DNA of 64,000 nt, taken from contig NC_043024.1 of NCBI RefSeq assembly GCF_006345805.1, positions 14,818,001 through 14,882,000 on the forward strand, read 5' to 3'. The notes under the pieces were generated by a model. The model was not told the DNA's origin and ran no database searches. It was given only the letters and a program-made list of their open reading frames with translations. A program made the translations under genes and the position numbers. Source of the stretch: Octopus sinensis. Its lineage: Eukaryota. How positions within the stretch are numbered: the first letter of the stretch is position 1; every line of letters begins with the position of its first letter. Below are positions 1 through 11,939 of this stretch, piece after piece.

Positions 1-98
1 CCCCCACTAGGCAACAATCATGTTCGGATGGTGCTCTTAGCGCTCCACTAGCATGGATGCCAAGTCATCGAATTCAATTTCGATTTCACTTGCCTCAA

Positions 99-557
99 GT
101 CTTCGCAAGTAGAGGTCTTCGCAAGCAGAGGTCTTCGCAAGCAGAGGTCTTCGCAAGCAGAGGTCTTCGCAAGCAGAGGTCTTCGCAAGCAGAGGTCTTC
201 GCAAGCAGAAGTCTTCGCAAGCAGAGGTCTTCGCAAGAAGAGGTCTTCACAAGCAGAGATCTTCGCAAGCAGAGGTCTTCGCAAGCAGAGGTCTTCGCAA
301 GCAGAGGTCTTCGCAAGCAGAAGTCTTCGCAAGCAGAGGTCTTCGCAAGAAGAGGTCTTCACAAGCAGAGATCTTCACAAGCAGAGGTCTTCGCAACCAG
401 CGGTCTTCGCAAGCAGAGGTCTTCGCAAGCAGAGGTCTTCACAAGCAGAGGTCTTCGCAAGCAGCGGTGTTTGCAAGCAGAGGTCTTCACAAGCAGTGGT
501 CTTTGCAACCAGAGGTCTTCGCAAGCAGCGGTCTTTGCAAGCAGAGGTCTTTGCAAG
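99..557. repeat. 16-bp minisatellite (GTCTTCGCAAGCAGAG)n, roughly 28 units
   Basis: Direct tandem units visible; the 16-aa periodicity of ORF 57..566 equals three units. Confidence 0.95.
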
Positions 558-950
558 CATGTGTAATATTTTCATAGTAGAAAGAAAATGACTTTAAAAT
601 GATGATACTAATGTTGATGTTTATGACAACAGTGTAATGACAATTATCATTTTTCTAAGCCCATTGTTGGCTAAACCTGTCAGAAAAAAATAATGTTAAA
701 GCATATCTTTTAATATCTTTTATTTGTTTCAGTCATTAGACTGCGGCCATGCTGGGGCACCTCCTTGAAGAATCTTTGAGGAAATGAATCAACCCTTTTA
801 CTTTTATTTATTTATTTATTTATTAAACCTGGTATTTATTGCATCAGTCTCTTTAAACAAACCACTAAATTCCAGGGACATAAACACACCAACACCAGTT
901 ATCAAGCAGTAGTTATCATACAGGCATAAAGGCACATACATACACACATG

Positions 951-970
<20 letters not shown>

Positions 971-1008
<38 letters not shown>

Positions 1009-1602
1009 GAGGCGCAATGGCCCAGTGGTTAGGGCAGCGGACTCGTGGGCGTAGGATCGCGGTTTCGATTCCCAGACCGGGCGTTGTGAGTGTTTATTGA
1101 GCGAAAACACCTAAAAGCTCCACAAGACTCCGGCAGGGGGTGGGGGATCCCTGCTGTACTCTTTCACCACTCTTTCTCCCACCCTTTCTTCTGTTGGCCT
1201 GCTCGCTTAGCCAAAGGGGTGGCATCATTCGAAGGCTAAAACAATGCGAACGCATTGTGACCAGCGATGTGTAACTACATCTGATGGACTGGTTGGTCAC
1301 GTGATCACGTGATCATGTGATATATATATACATAAAATGAGCTTCTTTTAGTTTCCATCCACCAAACCCATTCACAAAGCTGGGAAGTAAGTTTCTTACC
1401 ACACAGCCACACCTGCACATATTAGAATATTTTTATAATAGGCGCAGGAGTGGCTGTGTGGTAAGTAGCTTGCTTACCAACCATATGGTTCCGGGTTCAG
1501 TCCCACTGTGTGGCACCTTGGGCAAGTGTCTTCTACTATAGCCTTGGGCCGATCAAAGCCTTGTGAGTGGATTTGGGTGACAGAAACTGAAAGAAGCCCA
1601 TC

Positions 1603-1644
<42 letters not shown>

Positions 1645-2275
1645 TATATATATGTGTGTGGAGGCGCAATGGCCCAGTGGTTAGGGCAGCGGACTCGTGG
1701 GCGTAGGATCGCGGTTTCGATTCCCAGACCGGGCGTTGTGAGTGTTTATTGAGCGAAAACACCTAAAAGCTCCACAAGACTCCGGCAGGGGGTGGGGGAT
1801 CCCTGCTGTACTCTTTCACCACTCTTTCTCCCACCCTTTCTTCTGTTGGCCTGCTCGCTTAGCCAAAGGGGTGGCATCATTCGAAGGCTAAAACAATGCG
1901 AACGCATTGTGACCAGCGATGTGTAACTACATCTGATGGACTGGTTGGTCACGTGATCACGTGATCATGTGATATATATATACATAAAATGAGCTTCTTT
2001 TAGTTTCCATCCACCAAACCCATTCACAAAGCTGGGAAGTAAGTTTCTTACCACACAGCCACACCTGCACATATTAGAATATTTTTATAATAGGCGCAGG
2101 AGTGGCTGTGTGGTAAGTAGCTTGCTTACCAACCATATGGTTCCGGGTTCAGTCCCACTGTGTGGCACCTTGGGCAAGTGTCTTCTACTATAGCCTTGGG
2201 CCGATCAAAGCCTTGTGAGTGGATTTGGGTGACAGAAACTGAAAGAAGCCCATCGTATATATATATATATAATAT
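971..2275. repeat. 652-bp tandem duplication (SINE B + 5' half of SINE A) joined at (TA)n tracts
   Basis: GAGGCGCAATGG occurs at 1009 and 1661; ORFs 1094..1300 and 1746..1952 are identical with an offset of 652. Confidence 0.9.
1006..1310 (+). mobile_element. tRNA-headed SINE family B (copies also ~1658-1960, 10878-11065, 45180-45425(-), 57520-57670(-))
   Basis: A box TGGCCCAGTGG and B box GGTTTCGATTCC; the same body recurs across the window. Confidence 0.8.
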
Positions 2276-2522
2276 ATATATATATATTATATATATATAT
2301 ATATGTACGTGTGTATATATGTTTGTATGTCTGTGCTTATCCCCCGACATCATTTGACAACCGATGCTGGTGTGTTTATGTCCCCATAACTTAATGGTTC
2401 AGCAAAAGAGACCAATATAATAAGTACTAGGCTTACAAAGAATAAGTCCTGGGGTCAATTTGCTCGACTAAAGGTGGTGCTCCTGCATGGCCACAGTCAA
2501 ATGACTGAAACAAGTAAAAGAG
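2090..2522 (+). mobile_element. SINE family A (tRNA-like head, internal TA/TG microsatellite, GAAACAAGTAAAAGAG tail)
   Basis: Head GGCGCAGGAGTGGCTGTGTGGTAAG..GGTTCAGTCCC; more than 20 copies or fragments in the window. Confidence 0.88.
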
Positions 2523-2749
2523 TATAATATTAGTGTTTCTATGTATGAGTCTTAAAAATAAATATTGCTATAACTTGTTTGTTTTTTTTCTTATGTTTCT
2601 CATTTTAGAAATCGCTTAAAGACACAACTACCCAAATAGTGGAAGCTCTCTACTGATTAGATAACAAATTTGGACTATCTGTTAATTAAGTTTTTTTAAA
2701 TCAAATTATTTACAATATTTACTGTTGTTTTTTGTCATTTTCTTTTTAG

Positions 2750-2899
2750 GTTGTGCGTTATCAGAATGGACACAATGGAGTGACTGTAGCAAGAGCTGCT
2801 CTCACGGAATTGAACAGAGAAGAAGAAAAGTCTCAAACACACACCATTGCAAAGGTCAAGAACTGGAGACAAGATCATGTTTAGCACCACCATGTGATG
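2750..2899 (+). CDS. Exon: thrombospondin type-1 repeat of a SCO-spondin/mucin-like secreted protein
   Basis: ttttag acceptor at 2748-49 and GT donor at 2900; phase 1-1; CALSEWTQWSDCSKSCSHGIEQRRR...C...ETRSC...C (WxxWxxCxxSC motif). Confidence 0.9.
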
Positions 2900-3131
2900 G
2901 TGAATACATTGCTTTTTACTCTTATTGGTGGAGGCACATGGCCTATTTGGATAGCAAACAATAAGCTTTACATGTTAAACTTTTGAAAAGTCTTGTATAT
3001 TTATACTATTCTGCTTACAGATTTCATCTGTAAAGTGTGTGTTAGCTGGTTGCTTTCTTTGCTTGAAAACTAGCTTTTCCATATTGTTACTTAAAAATTA
3101 AATAACATAACAATGTACACCAATATGTATA

Positions 3132-3785
3132 GTGGAGGTACATGGCCTAGTGGTTAGAGCAGCAGACTCGTGGTCGAGGGATCGCGGGTTCGAATCTCAG
3201 ACTGGGTGATGTGTGTGTTTATGAGTGAAACAACTAAGCTCCCACACGGCTCCAGCAGAAGGTAATGGCAAACTTCTGCTGACTCTTTCGCCACAACTTT
3301 CTCTCACTCTTTCATCCTGCATCTTGCAGCTCACCTGCGACGGACGGGCTTCCCGTCCAGGTGGGGAACCTATACGCCAAGGAAACCGGGAAACCGGCCC
3401 TATGAGCCAGGCGTGGCTCGAGAAGGAACAAACAACAACATATATATATGTGTGTGTATGTGTGTGTGTGTGTGTGTGTATGTGTGTGTGTAGAGAGAGA
3501 GAGAGGCACATGGCCTAATGGTTAGAGCAGTAGACTCACGGTCGCGGGTTCGAATCTCAGACCAGGCGATGTGTGTGTTTATGAGCAAAACACCTAAGCT
3601 CTACGCGGCTCCAGCAGAAGGTAATGGCAATTTGTTCTGACTCTTTTGCCTCAACTTTCTCTCACTCTTTCCTCCTGCATCTAGCAGCTCACCTGCGACG
3701 AACCAGTGTCCCGTCCAGGTGGGGAACCTATACGCCAAGGAAACCGGCCATATGAGCCAAGCATGGCTCGAGAAGGAACAAGCAT
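3132..3785 (+). mobile_element. Two tandem copies of SINE B2 variant (another at ~23690-23965, -)
   Basis: TGGCCTAGTGG and GGTTCGAATCTC boxes; repeated body ending GAAGGAACAAAC. Confidence 0.8.
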
Positions 3786-3894
3786 ACTCTTATTGAATAA
3801 TTTGAGAATGGTACAAAACAGAAAGTTTAGCTAAGAATGAATTTAATAAATGAATGTTACTAATTAATTTCTTTGATTACTTTCATTATTTTAG

Positions 3895-4050
3895 TATTCT
3901 GTGGAAATTGGGGTACGTGGTCACTGTGTGCTGGAGAATGTGGATATGGAACACAGTTCAGATTTCGGCGTAACAAGAATATTCCATATAATGCGAAATG
4001 TCAAAAGTTCCTGCAGGATGAAAGACATTGTAAAATCGAAACTGAATGTG
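3895..4050 (+). CDS. Exon: second TSP1 repeat
   Basis: ttttag acceptor at 3893-94, GTAAGT at 4051, phase 1-1; VFCGNWGTWSLCAGECGYGTQFRFR...C...ERHC...C. Confidence 0.9.
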
Positions 4051-4257
4051 GTAAGTTTCAAAACAGTGTAATTGGAAATGCTACATGTTTTATAACAACT
4101 GTGTGTCTACATGTGCATGTGTCTCTAAAAAGGAGAGACCACAGTGCACAACTCTCGAAAAATATCACAGGGATTACTGTTATTAAGCATCTAATTAAAT
4201 GAGAAATATGAAATTAATTGACTATTTACCCATGTGTGTGTGTGTGTGTGTGTGAAG

Positions 4258-4500
4258 ATACATGGCTTAGTGGTTAGGGTAATCAGCTCATGATTATAAG
4301 ATCATGAGTTCAATTACTGACAGTGCCTTGTGTCCTTGAGCAAGACACTTTATTTCATGTTGCTCCAGTCCACTCAGCTGGTGAAAATGAGTTGTATCTG
4401 TAATTCAAAGGGCCAGCTTTGTCATATTCTGTATCACACTGAATCTCTCTGTGGGTATGTGTGGCTATGGAGTACTCAGCCACTTGCACATTAATTTCAT
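4258..4500 (+). mobile_element. Degenerate tRNA-headed SINE
   Basis: TGGCTTAGTGG, GAGTTCAATT, followed by GTGTCCTTGAGCAAGACACTT core-like motif. Confidence 0.5.
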
Positions 4501-4502
4501 GA

Positions 4503-4890
4503 GTAGGAGTGGCTGTGTGGTAAGTAGCTTGGTTCCAGGTTCAGTCCCATTGCGTGGCATCTTGGGCAAGTGTCTTCTGCTATAGCCCCGGGCCGACCAA
4601 TACCTTGTGAGTAGATTTGGTAGACGGAAACTGAAAGAAGCCTGTCGTATATATGTATATATATATATGTATGCGTGTGTGTTTGTGTGTCTGTGTTTGT
4701 CCCCCTAGCATTGCTTGACAACCGATGCTGGTGTGTTTACGTCCCCGTCACTTAGCAGTTCAGCAAAAAGAGACCGATAGAATAAGTACTGGGCTTACAA
4801 AATATAAGTCCCAGGGTCAATTTGCTCAACTAAAGGCGGTGCTCCAGCATGGCCACAGTCAAATGACTGAAACATGTAAAAGAATAAAAG
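4503..4890 (+). mobile_element. SINE family A
   Basis: Matches 2090-2522 head to tail. Confidence 0.85.
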
Positions 4891-4899
4891 AAAAGCTGG

Positions 4900-5030
4900 C
4901 AATATTAGACATCACCTGGGTGTACTCTGTCAGGAAGCCAACATCAGAATCAGTGAAGGTCTGCAGCTTCATCTGTGTCATCACCCTGCTGACAGCTCCC
5001 CTGTTCTTCTCCAGCAGTTTGCTGAGTATG
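4900..5030 (-). mobile_element. hAT transposase fragment
   Basis: MKLQTFTDSDVGFLTEYTQVMSNIAS resembles the hAT F..E..FL.EY..VM.P motif; recognised from memory. Confidence 0.5.
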
Positions 5031-5560
5031 ACCACACACACATATATACACTCAAGGAGACACAGACACACCCACCCACAAGCACACCTACAGACCTACA
5101 CACACTCTCACATACACAGACACAAGCCCACACAGATACACAACATGTATATATACGTATATATATATACATATGCATATGTGTACATACATACAAGCAT
5201 ATATACATACACTCATACAAAGATTTGTACGTGCATAGATACATACATACATGCACACACCCACATACATAAATACATACACCAATGCATATTTACATAC
5301 ATATGTTCATACACTTACATATAAATATGTCTATACACACTGACACACACATACACCCACACACCTACACACTCATACACACACACTCCCATATGCACAG
5401 ACATATGCAGACCCATACATCATGTGTGTCTATGTATATGTGTGTATGTATATATATGCATGTATACATGCATACACACCTATATGTACATATAAATCCA
5501 TTTACGCACATGCACATAAACACCCACATATGTATGTATGCATGTAATGGAAATTGTAGT
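5030..5560. repeat. Degenerate (CA/TA)-rich microsatellite
   Basis: Low-complexity cacata/tacata runs. Confidence 0.85.
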
Positions 5561-5760
5561 TGTCATACCTGTGCTGGTGGCACATAAAAAGCACCCACTA
5601 CACTCACGGAGTGGTTGGCATTAGGAAGGGCATCCAGCTGTAGAAACACTGCAGATTAGACTGGAGCCTGGTGCAGCCTCCTGGCTTCCCAAACCCCGGT
5701 CGAACCGTCCAACCCATGCTAGCATGGAAAACGGATGTTAAACGATGATGATGATGATAT
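5560..5760 (+). mobile_element. RTE-tail repeat family D, (GAT)n tail (copies ~15850-16200(-), 20680-21035, 27530-27970, 37565-37812, 38100-38265, 51840-52330, 58068-58395, 60320-60470)
   Basis: Shared GGTTGGCRTTAGGAAGGGCATCCAGC...GGACGTTAAACGATGATG motif. Confidence 0.8.
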
Positions 5761-5804
5761 ATATATATATATATATATGAATTAACTTCTTTGTGTTTTT
5801 TCAG

Positions 5805-6010
5805 TTTGTCCTCCTGATACTGAATATACAAAGTGGTCTTTGTGTGAGAAAACCTGTGAATCTCGTTTTGAACCATTAAACGTAACAAACTGCGAAGTCT
5901 ATAAACCAGGTTGTGTCTGCAAAAAAGGACTTTCCAGAAATAAAGAAGGAATTTGTGTTAAAGAATCGGCCTGTAAATTATGTACCACTTTGGATGGCAT
6001 AACGAAGAAA
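5805..6010 (+). CDS. Exon: TIL domain plus start of VWC
   Basis: ttttcag acceptor at 5803-04, GTAAGT at 6011, phase 1-0; VCPPDTEY...CEKTC...C...GCVCKKG...CV...C. Confidence 0.9.
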
Positions 6011-6297
6011 GTAAGTAACTGAATACCATTTCTTTTAGTCTTTTAATTTTCATTTGGATTGATGGAACTGCTTGTAGAGTGCTGCATCTATGTTGCTTTT
6101 ATCTTTTCTTCTTATCTTTGATGCTGTTATACTTTTAGCCCAAACCAACAAAGAAGCTTTTTCTTGGTCGTTCAACATCCTGCCTCTTAAATTACACTCT
6201 GAATATATAAAATGATGGATCGAGTTAACCCGAGGTTAAACAACTGCTCCAACATGAATTGAACTCAAAACCCTGACTTTATTCAGGCATCAAGCAT

Positions 6298-7076
6298 TTA
6301 ACCCTTTCGTTACTGTATTTATTTTGAGATGCTCTGTGTTTCTTTCAATTAATTTGAAATATATCAAAGAATTTAGTAAAATAACTTTGTTATCATTAAG
6401 CTAGTGTTAGGAACATAAATTGTGACTAAGTTTTGGTGGAAGATTTTAATTCAAAACTTATGAAAATAAGACATTTGTATTACAGAGCCAGAGTTGGTTT
6501 CGACTGGGTTGGTATCAAAAGGGTTAAGAATTGTTTCATAAGGTTTGAATTAAAATCTTTCACCAAACCTTAGTCACAATTTATGTTCCTAATACTAACC
6601 CTTTTGTTACCATATTTTTGTTGAGGTGCTCTGTGTTTCTTTCAATTAATTTTATATATAACAAAGAATTCAGTAAAATAACTTAGATATCATTCAGCTA
6701 GTATTAGGAACATAAATTGTGACTAAGGTTTGGTGGAAGATTTTAATTCAAACCTTATGAAAACAAGCCATTTGTACTCAGTGCCAGAGTTGGTTTCAAC
6801 CGGGTTGGTATCAAAAGGGTTAAGAATTGTTTCTCTATTATATATTTTAATCCTTTTGTTACCATATTTCTGTTGAGATGCTCTGTGTTTCTTTCAATTA
6901 ATTTTAAATATAACAAAGAATTTAGCAAAATAACTTAGTTATCATTAAGCTAGTGTTAGGAACATAAATTGTGACTAAGGTTTGGTGAAAGATTTTAATT
7001 CAAAACTTATGAAAACAAGATATTTGTACTACAGAGCCAGAGCCAGTTTCAGTCGGGTTGGTAACAAAAGGGTTAA
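6298..7076. mobile_element. Three ~230-bp piggyBac-type MITEs (6298-6527, 6596-6823, 6847-7076); fourth copy ~16290-16517
   Basis: TTAACCCTTT..TAC and GGTA(A/T)CAAAAGGGTTAA termini; shared internal sequence. Confidence 0.8.
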
Positions 7077-7415
7077 TTGGTTTAGGGCTTCAAAAGTCAC
7101 TTTCTCTTCTTTTTTAATCTCTGTATCAATTTGGCATTAAATAAATGATATGGGTACTTATTTCTTGAAATATTAGAATGATAGAATATAGCAGTTGGTC
7201 CCTATACCATTCAGTCCCTATACCATTTCAGTACACAACTTAGTGGTCAATCAGGTTCAGTTGACTTTACTTAAACTTCACATTATTATGCATAGAAAAC
7301 TCTTCTTTATATCTAGGGGTCTGTAGAAGGAGGTCTTATGGCACATATAATGCCAGTCAAGTTAATTAACTAGAATATTTCTATGTAGTAGATAAAGATA
7401 AATAGATCAAATATT

Positions 7416-8250
7416 GGTTTCCAGGTCCATTAAATTGTGTGTAACTCTGCTAGAAGGTAATCGATTTTGTTTTTCCAATTTTAACCTTCTTAGGACAACC
7501 TGGTCAATTGATTGGCCCAAGTGGTACAAGCTGAAAGGACTTTGAGGCCAATGCATTGGCCTGATGGAACAAATGTGAATGGTTAGTTCTGAAGTGTAAT
7601 AGCCAATCAGAGATCATTTGAGAAAAAAATTTTGATCTTTTTGGCTGCACATACCAAAACACCATGTGTCTCAAAAGAGTAAAATTGTTTTACTTAACCT
7701 TTTGTGACCACATATATCTATCTATAAGTGACCATCACTATTGACTTAATTATAAGAATGAGAGTTGTGAAGTTCATTCCACTTCCACGTTCATTATCAG
7801 AGTATGTAAAGACACAACCACTGGCCAGAGATCAGAGTTCGAATCCTGGTCAGTGGTTGTGTCTTTACATACTCTGATAATGAACGTGAAGTGGAATGAA
7901 CTTCACAACTCTCATTCTTATAATTAAGTCAATAGTGATGGTCACTTATAGATAGATATATGTGGTCACAAAAGGTTAAGTAAAACAATTTTACTCTTTG
8001 AGAACATGGTGTTTTGGTATGTGCAGCCAAAAAGATCAAAATTTTTTCTCAAATGATCTCTGATTGGCTTTACACTTCAGAACTAACCATCACATTGTTC
8101 ATCAGGCCAATGCATTGGCCTCAAAGTCCTTTCAGCTTGTACCACTTGGGCCAATCAATTGACCAGGTTGTCCTAAGAAGGTTAAAATTGGAAAAACAAA
8201 ATCGATTACCTTCTAGCAGAGTTACACACAATTTAATGGACCTGGAAACC
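7416..8250. repeat. Near-perfect palindrome with ~410-bp arms and a 17-nt loop
   Basis: GGTTTCCAGG at 7416 pairs with CCTGGAAACC ending 8250; arms pair inward to 7828/7846. Confidence 0.95.
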
Positions 8251-8267
8251 CTTTAGCATTTAAACTC

Positions 8268-8477
8268 TCTTTACTCTCTTTATTTGTTTCAGTCATTTGA
8301 CTGTGGCCATGCTGGAGCACCACCTTTAGTCAAGCAAATCAACCCCAGGACTTATTCTTTGTAAGCCCAGTACTTATTCTATCGGTCTCTTTTGCTGAAC
8401 CACTAAGTTACGGGGATGTAAACACACCAGCATTGGTTGTCAAGCGATGTTGGGGGGGTGGACAAACAGAGACACAC

Positions 8478-8516
<39 letters not shown>

Positions 8517-8668
8517 ACGGGCTTCATTCAGTTTCCATCCACCAAATCCACTCACAAGGCTATGGTCTGCCCGAGGCTATAGTAGAAGACTCTTACCCAA
8601 GGTGATATGCAGTGGGACTGAACCAGGAACCATGTGGTTCGTTAGCAAGCTACTTACCACACAGCCAC
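8268..8668 (-). mobile_element. SINE family A
   Basis: Reverse complement of the family A body. Confidence 0.85.
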
Positions 8669-8955
8669 TCCTATGCCTATTTGGTCATATCTGGCGCAAA
8701 TATTTTACCTGTTTTATCTTCAAACTAGCTAGATCCAACCTCTCACACCTACCCTACAATGTCATTCTAAAAATAAACAATCATTACTTCAGAATCTCAA
8801 ACCTAATTCAGGATTAACTTCAAAGAATGTGAATAAATGAACATCGCATTTGGTAAAGTAATCTGAATGCTTAAGGGTTAACACATATGTTATACGCTTA
8901 CCAATTCATTATACATTTTTCAGAAGTAAATAATAGGATTTCTTCATTTCTTATA

Positions 8956-9495
8956 TTGGGTTGTCCAGAAAGTTGGTGCCGATTTTTAAAGGAAAGGAAA
9001 GAAAATGGTCAATAAATACTTGCCATTACATTCTTAATCAACCAAATATGAACCATTTTGTTGCACATTGTGTCTCCATCTTTCCTTTAACTTGAAAATG
9101 CCCTCTTCCCAGAATTGTGGTGCTTTCATGGCAAAGAATTCATCAATGTATCTTTTTACGTCATCCAAGGAATTGAAATTTTTACCATTAAGACTATTCT
9201 GCAGAGACTTGAATAAGTAGAAATCCGAAGGAGCAATACCTGGTGAATATGGAGCAATTTTTGTCTGGTTCCCAAAGCATCAAGTGCCAAAAACGAACTT
9301 TCTTATCTTCCATTTTAAAGGGTTACAAAATTAACACAGGTAATAGGAAGATAAATCTTCTTCCACGAAAAGATAGCTTAAACTGCACTCTAAATGGAGG
9401 TGTAGTGAAATCCTATTTTATGGACTCAACCATGTTCTAAAATAAGTCAAAAGGTAAGCTACTATAAATCGGCACAAACTTTCCAGACAAGCCAA
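8956..9495 (-). mobile_element. Internally deleted mariner element
   Basis: TA-flanked TIRs TTGGGTTGTCCAGAAAGTTGGTGCCGATTT / AAATCGGCACAAACTTTCCAGACAAGCCAA; the - strand encodes PYSPGIAPSDFYLF...EGIFKLKERW (YSPDLAP motif). Confidence 0.85.
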
Positions 9496-9792
9496 TATTT
9501 TAATCAAGCCTGATAATTCAGTGAGGAAAATTTCTTGGAGGAATTAATGGAGCAGTAAAGGGTCTCATACATTCGAGAAGATTGTTGATCAAAACACCTT
9601 ATCTGTTTAATATAAAAATTTTTGAACATTTTATGATATTAATAAGTTCACAAACATGTTTGGATATGACTTCATTCTACCACAGATTCTGTTAAAAGCA
9701 GGATTTGTATCTGTGTATGACTTTTATTAAATGTTTTATCTTAGCTAAAGTTTATGAAAATTAATTAATCCTTTTCTTTTTCTATTCAATAG

Positions 9793-9897
9793 CCAGGAGA
9801 AATGTGGACCAAAGCAAATGACAGTTGTTTCCAGTGCCAATGTTCTGGTGGGAAAATTATGTGCAATAGAATATGTCAAATTCCTACTTGTAGAGAA
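9793..9897 (+). CDS. Exon: VWC domain core
   Basis: AG acceptor at 9791-92, GTAAGT at 9898, phase 0-0; PGEMWTKANDSCFQCQCSGGKIMCNRICQIPTCRE. Confidence 0.9.
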
Positions 9898-10106
9898 GTA
9901 AGTATATCTGACAACATAATGTTAAGTAATACAGCAATAAGACAAATAATTGAATAATGCTTCACCTTCCATTCATATTTTCGAGCAAATCAACCCCAGG
10001 ACTTATTCTTTGTAAGCCTAGTAGTTATTCTATCGGTCTCTTTTGCTGAGTGTTTTGCTGAACCACTAAGTTACAGGGACATAAACACACCAGCATTGGT
10101 TGCGAA

Positions 10107-10272
10107 GCCATTACATTTTTAATCAACCAAATATGAACCATTTTGTTGCACATTGCGTCTCCATCTTTCCTTTGACTTGAAAATACCCTCTTCCCAGAAT
10201 TGTGGTGGTTTCATGGCAAAGAATTCATCAACGTATCTTTTTACGCCATCTAAGGAATTGAAATTTTTACCA
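10107..10272 (-). mobile_element. Mariner 3' fragment, same family as 8956-9495
   Basis: Near-identical to ~9022-9190. Confidence 0.8.
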
Positions 10273-10289
10273 GACTCCCAGAAAAGAAA

Positions 10290-10880
10290 ACGACATAAGA
10301 GTGGTATGTAGCAAAGGGAAATGCATCTTTGCCCAAGAAACACATCAGAGAATTGGCAAAAATAGAGGGAGCCTCTATATACCCACAAAAGAACAATTGT
10401 ACAAAGTCTAGATTGTAGTCTGAAGTGATACCATTTCCAGTGACCAGCGTTAGGTATATGAGAGTGTGTGCCTGGTCTCCAAAGACAAAGTGAGGTAGAC
10501 TTAGTGTGTATCACAAAGTTTGTAATGGGTTGTTTCCATAATATATAAGGAGCAGTGGAACACAAGTGTTACATTGGCAGAGACATTGACCCTTGGTTTG
10601 TCAGAACTGCACAGGTAGATAGACAGCACTGTAGTTATACAGGGGTTTGGCTGGATATGTGGGTTTTGATGATCCTATCCACCCACAAAGACCACTGAGC
10701 CATCCAGAAGATGTACCTCATCATAGGTGCAGAAAGAAACAGCATTAGACTGACAGAAGGCCTGGCTGTTACACATGTGGCAGTAAAAGCCACTTGAGGA
10801 GTTTCTGCCCTGACTGTTTGTTAAAACAGAGAAAGAATGGAAGTGGTGGACAGCAGCAGACAATGACAACGACAGCAGTG
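10290..10880 (+). mobile_element. Non-LTR retrotransposon ORF1 (gag-like) relic
   Basis: CCHC knuckle CYTCGSKSHLRSFC at 10767-10808; upstream frame disrupted by stops. Confidence 0.6.
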
Positions 10881-11939
10881 TGGAAGCGCAATGGCCCAGT
10901 GGTTAGGGCAGCAGACTTGCACTCGTAAGAACACGGTTTCGATTCCCAGACCGGGCATTGTGAGTGTTTATTGAGCAAAAAATACCTAAGCTCCACGAGG
11001 CTCTGGCGGGGGGAGGGGGGCCCCACCGTACTCTTTCACCACAACTTTCTCTCACTCTTTCTTCCTACTTCTGCCACAAAGCAGAGGAACCATGGTGTAA
11101 CCCACTATGGTGTGGTAAACTTTCAGACCTTAGTCTAGATTGCGAATCTTCTGTACCCCAGGATAGTTCAGCTCTCCACCCGATGGCTTGAAAAGGGCGC
11201 ATAAAAAAAAATATATTATTATGCACTATTGGTGCATTGGACAAAATGAATATCAGCTTTTCTTCTGGTTCCTTATATTTTTAGTTCAAATTCCACTAAG
11301 GTCAACTTTGCCTATCATCCTTTTGGGGGTCAATAAAATAAGAATAAGCTGAGCTCTAGGGTCAATATAACTGACCTGACCTTAAAATTGCTGGCGTTGA
11401 GCCAAAATTTGAAACCATTGTTATTATTATCATCTTAATCGATTTATCTATGACCATGCCATGTCTTAGCTTCATCCCACAGCTTAGAAATGCAACACTT
11501 TCCTCAAAACACGGGCTCTTCCAAGAATTGCTGCCATCTGAATACTTCTTAAAAAATTTGGTATTTGCAGATTCTGATGCCAGAATATTGCTCTCTTTGA
11601 GTAGGTCCCAAGTGCACTGATCATAATAGGTACCACCCTTTTGAAGCTCTATGGATTCTTTTCACTTCCATTATTATTATTATTATTACCGTGCATGCGT
11701 AAGCGAAAGCAGGGTATTGTAGTTGTTTGTTTTTGTCTGTATGTTTGCAAAATTACTTTGTCTGTGTGTTTGCAAAATTACTAGAAAACAGCTGAACAGA
11801 TTTTCCCCAAATTTGGCAGAAATACTCACTGAGTGAGTGGTTCGAACTCATTAAATTTTCGTTGGGTGAATCAAAACGTTTTTTTTTTCTTTGTTATGTA
11901 TGCATAACAATTTCCCGATAAGCAGGGGAAATAACTCTT

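Noticed and set aside
48-575. Several ORFs up to 169 aa
   Set aside because: They are translations of the 16-bp minisatellite, open on both strands.
1006-1085. tRNA genes at SINE heads
   Set aside because: A and B boxes are present, but there is no full cloverleaf and each continues into a shared SINE body.
2609-2690. Additional coding exon after a tttag acceptor
   Set aside because: All three frames stop within ~50 nt and there is no good donor.
4725-5587. H/T/Y/I-rich ORFs
   Set aside because: Microsatellite translations, apart from the short hAT-like piece.
8437-8817. Recurring ORFs such as ASFSFRLPNPLTRLWSARGYSRRHLP
   Set aside because: Chance translations of SINE A, with different frames and stops in each copy.
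10119-10565. 148-aa ORF
   Set aside because: Chimera of a mariner fragment and the antisense strand of an ORF1 relic.
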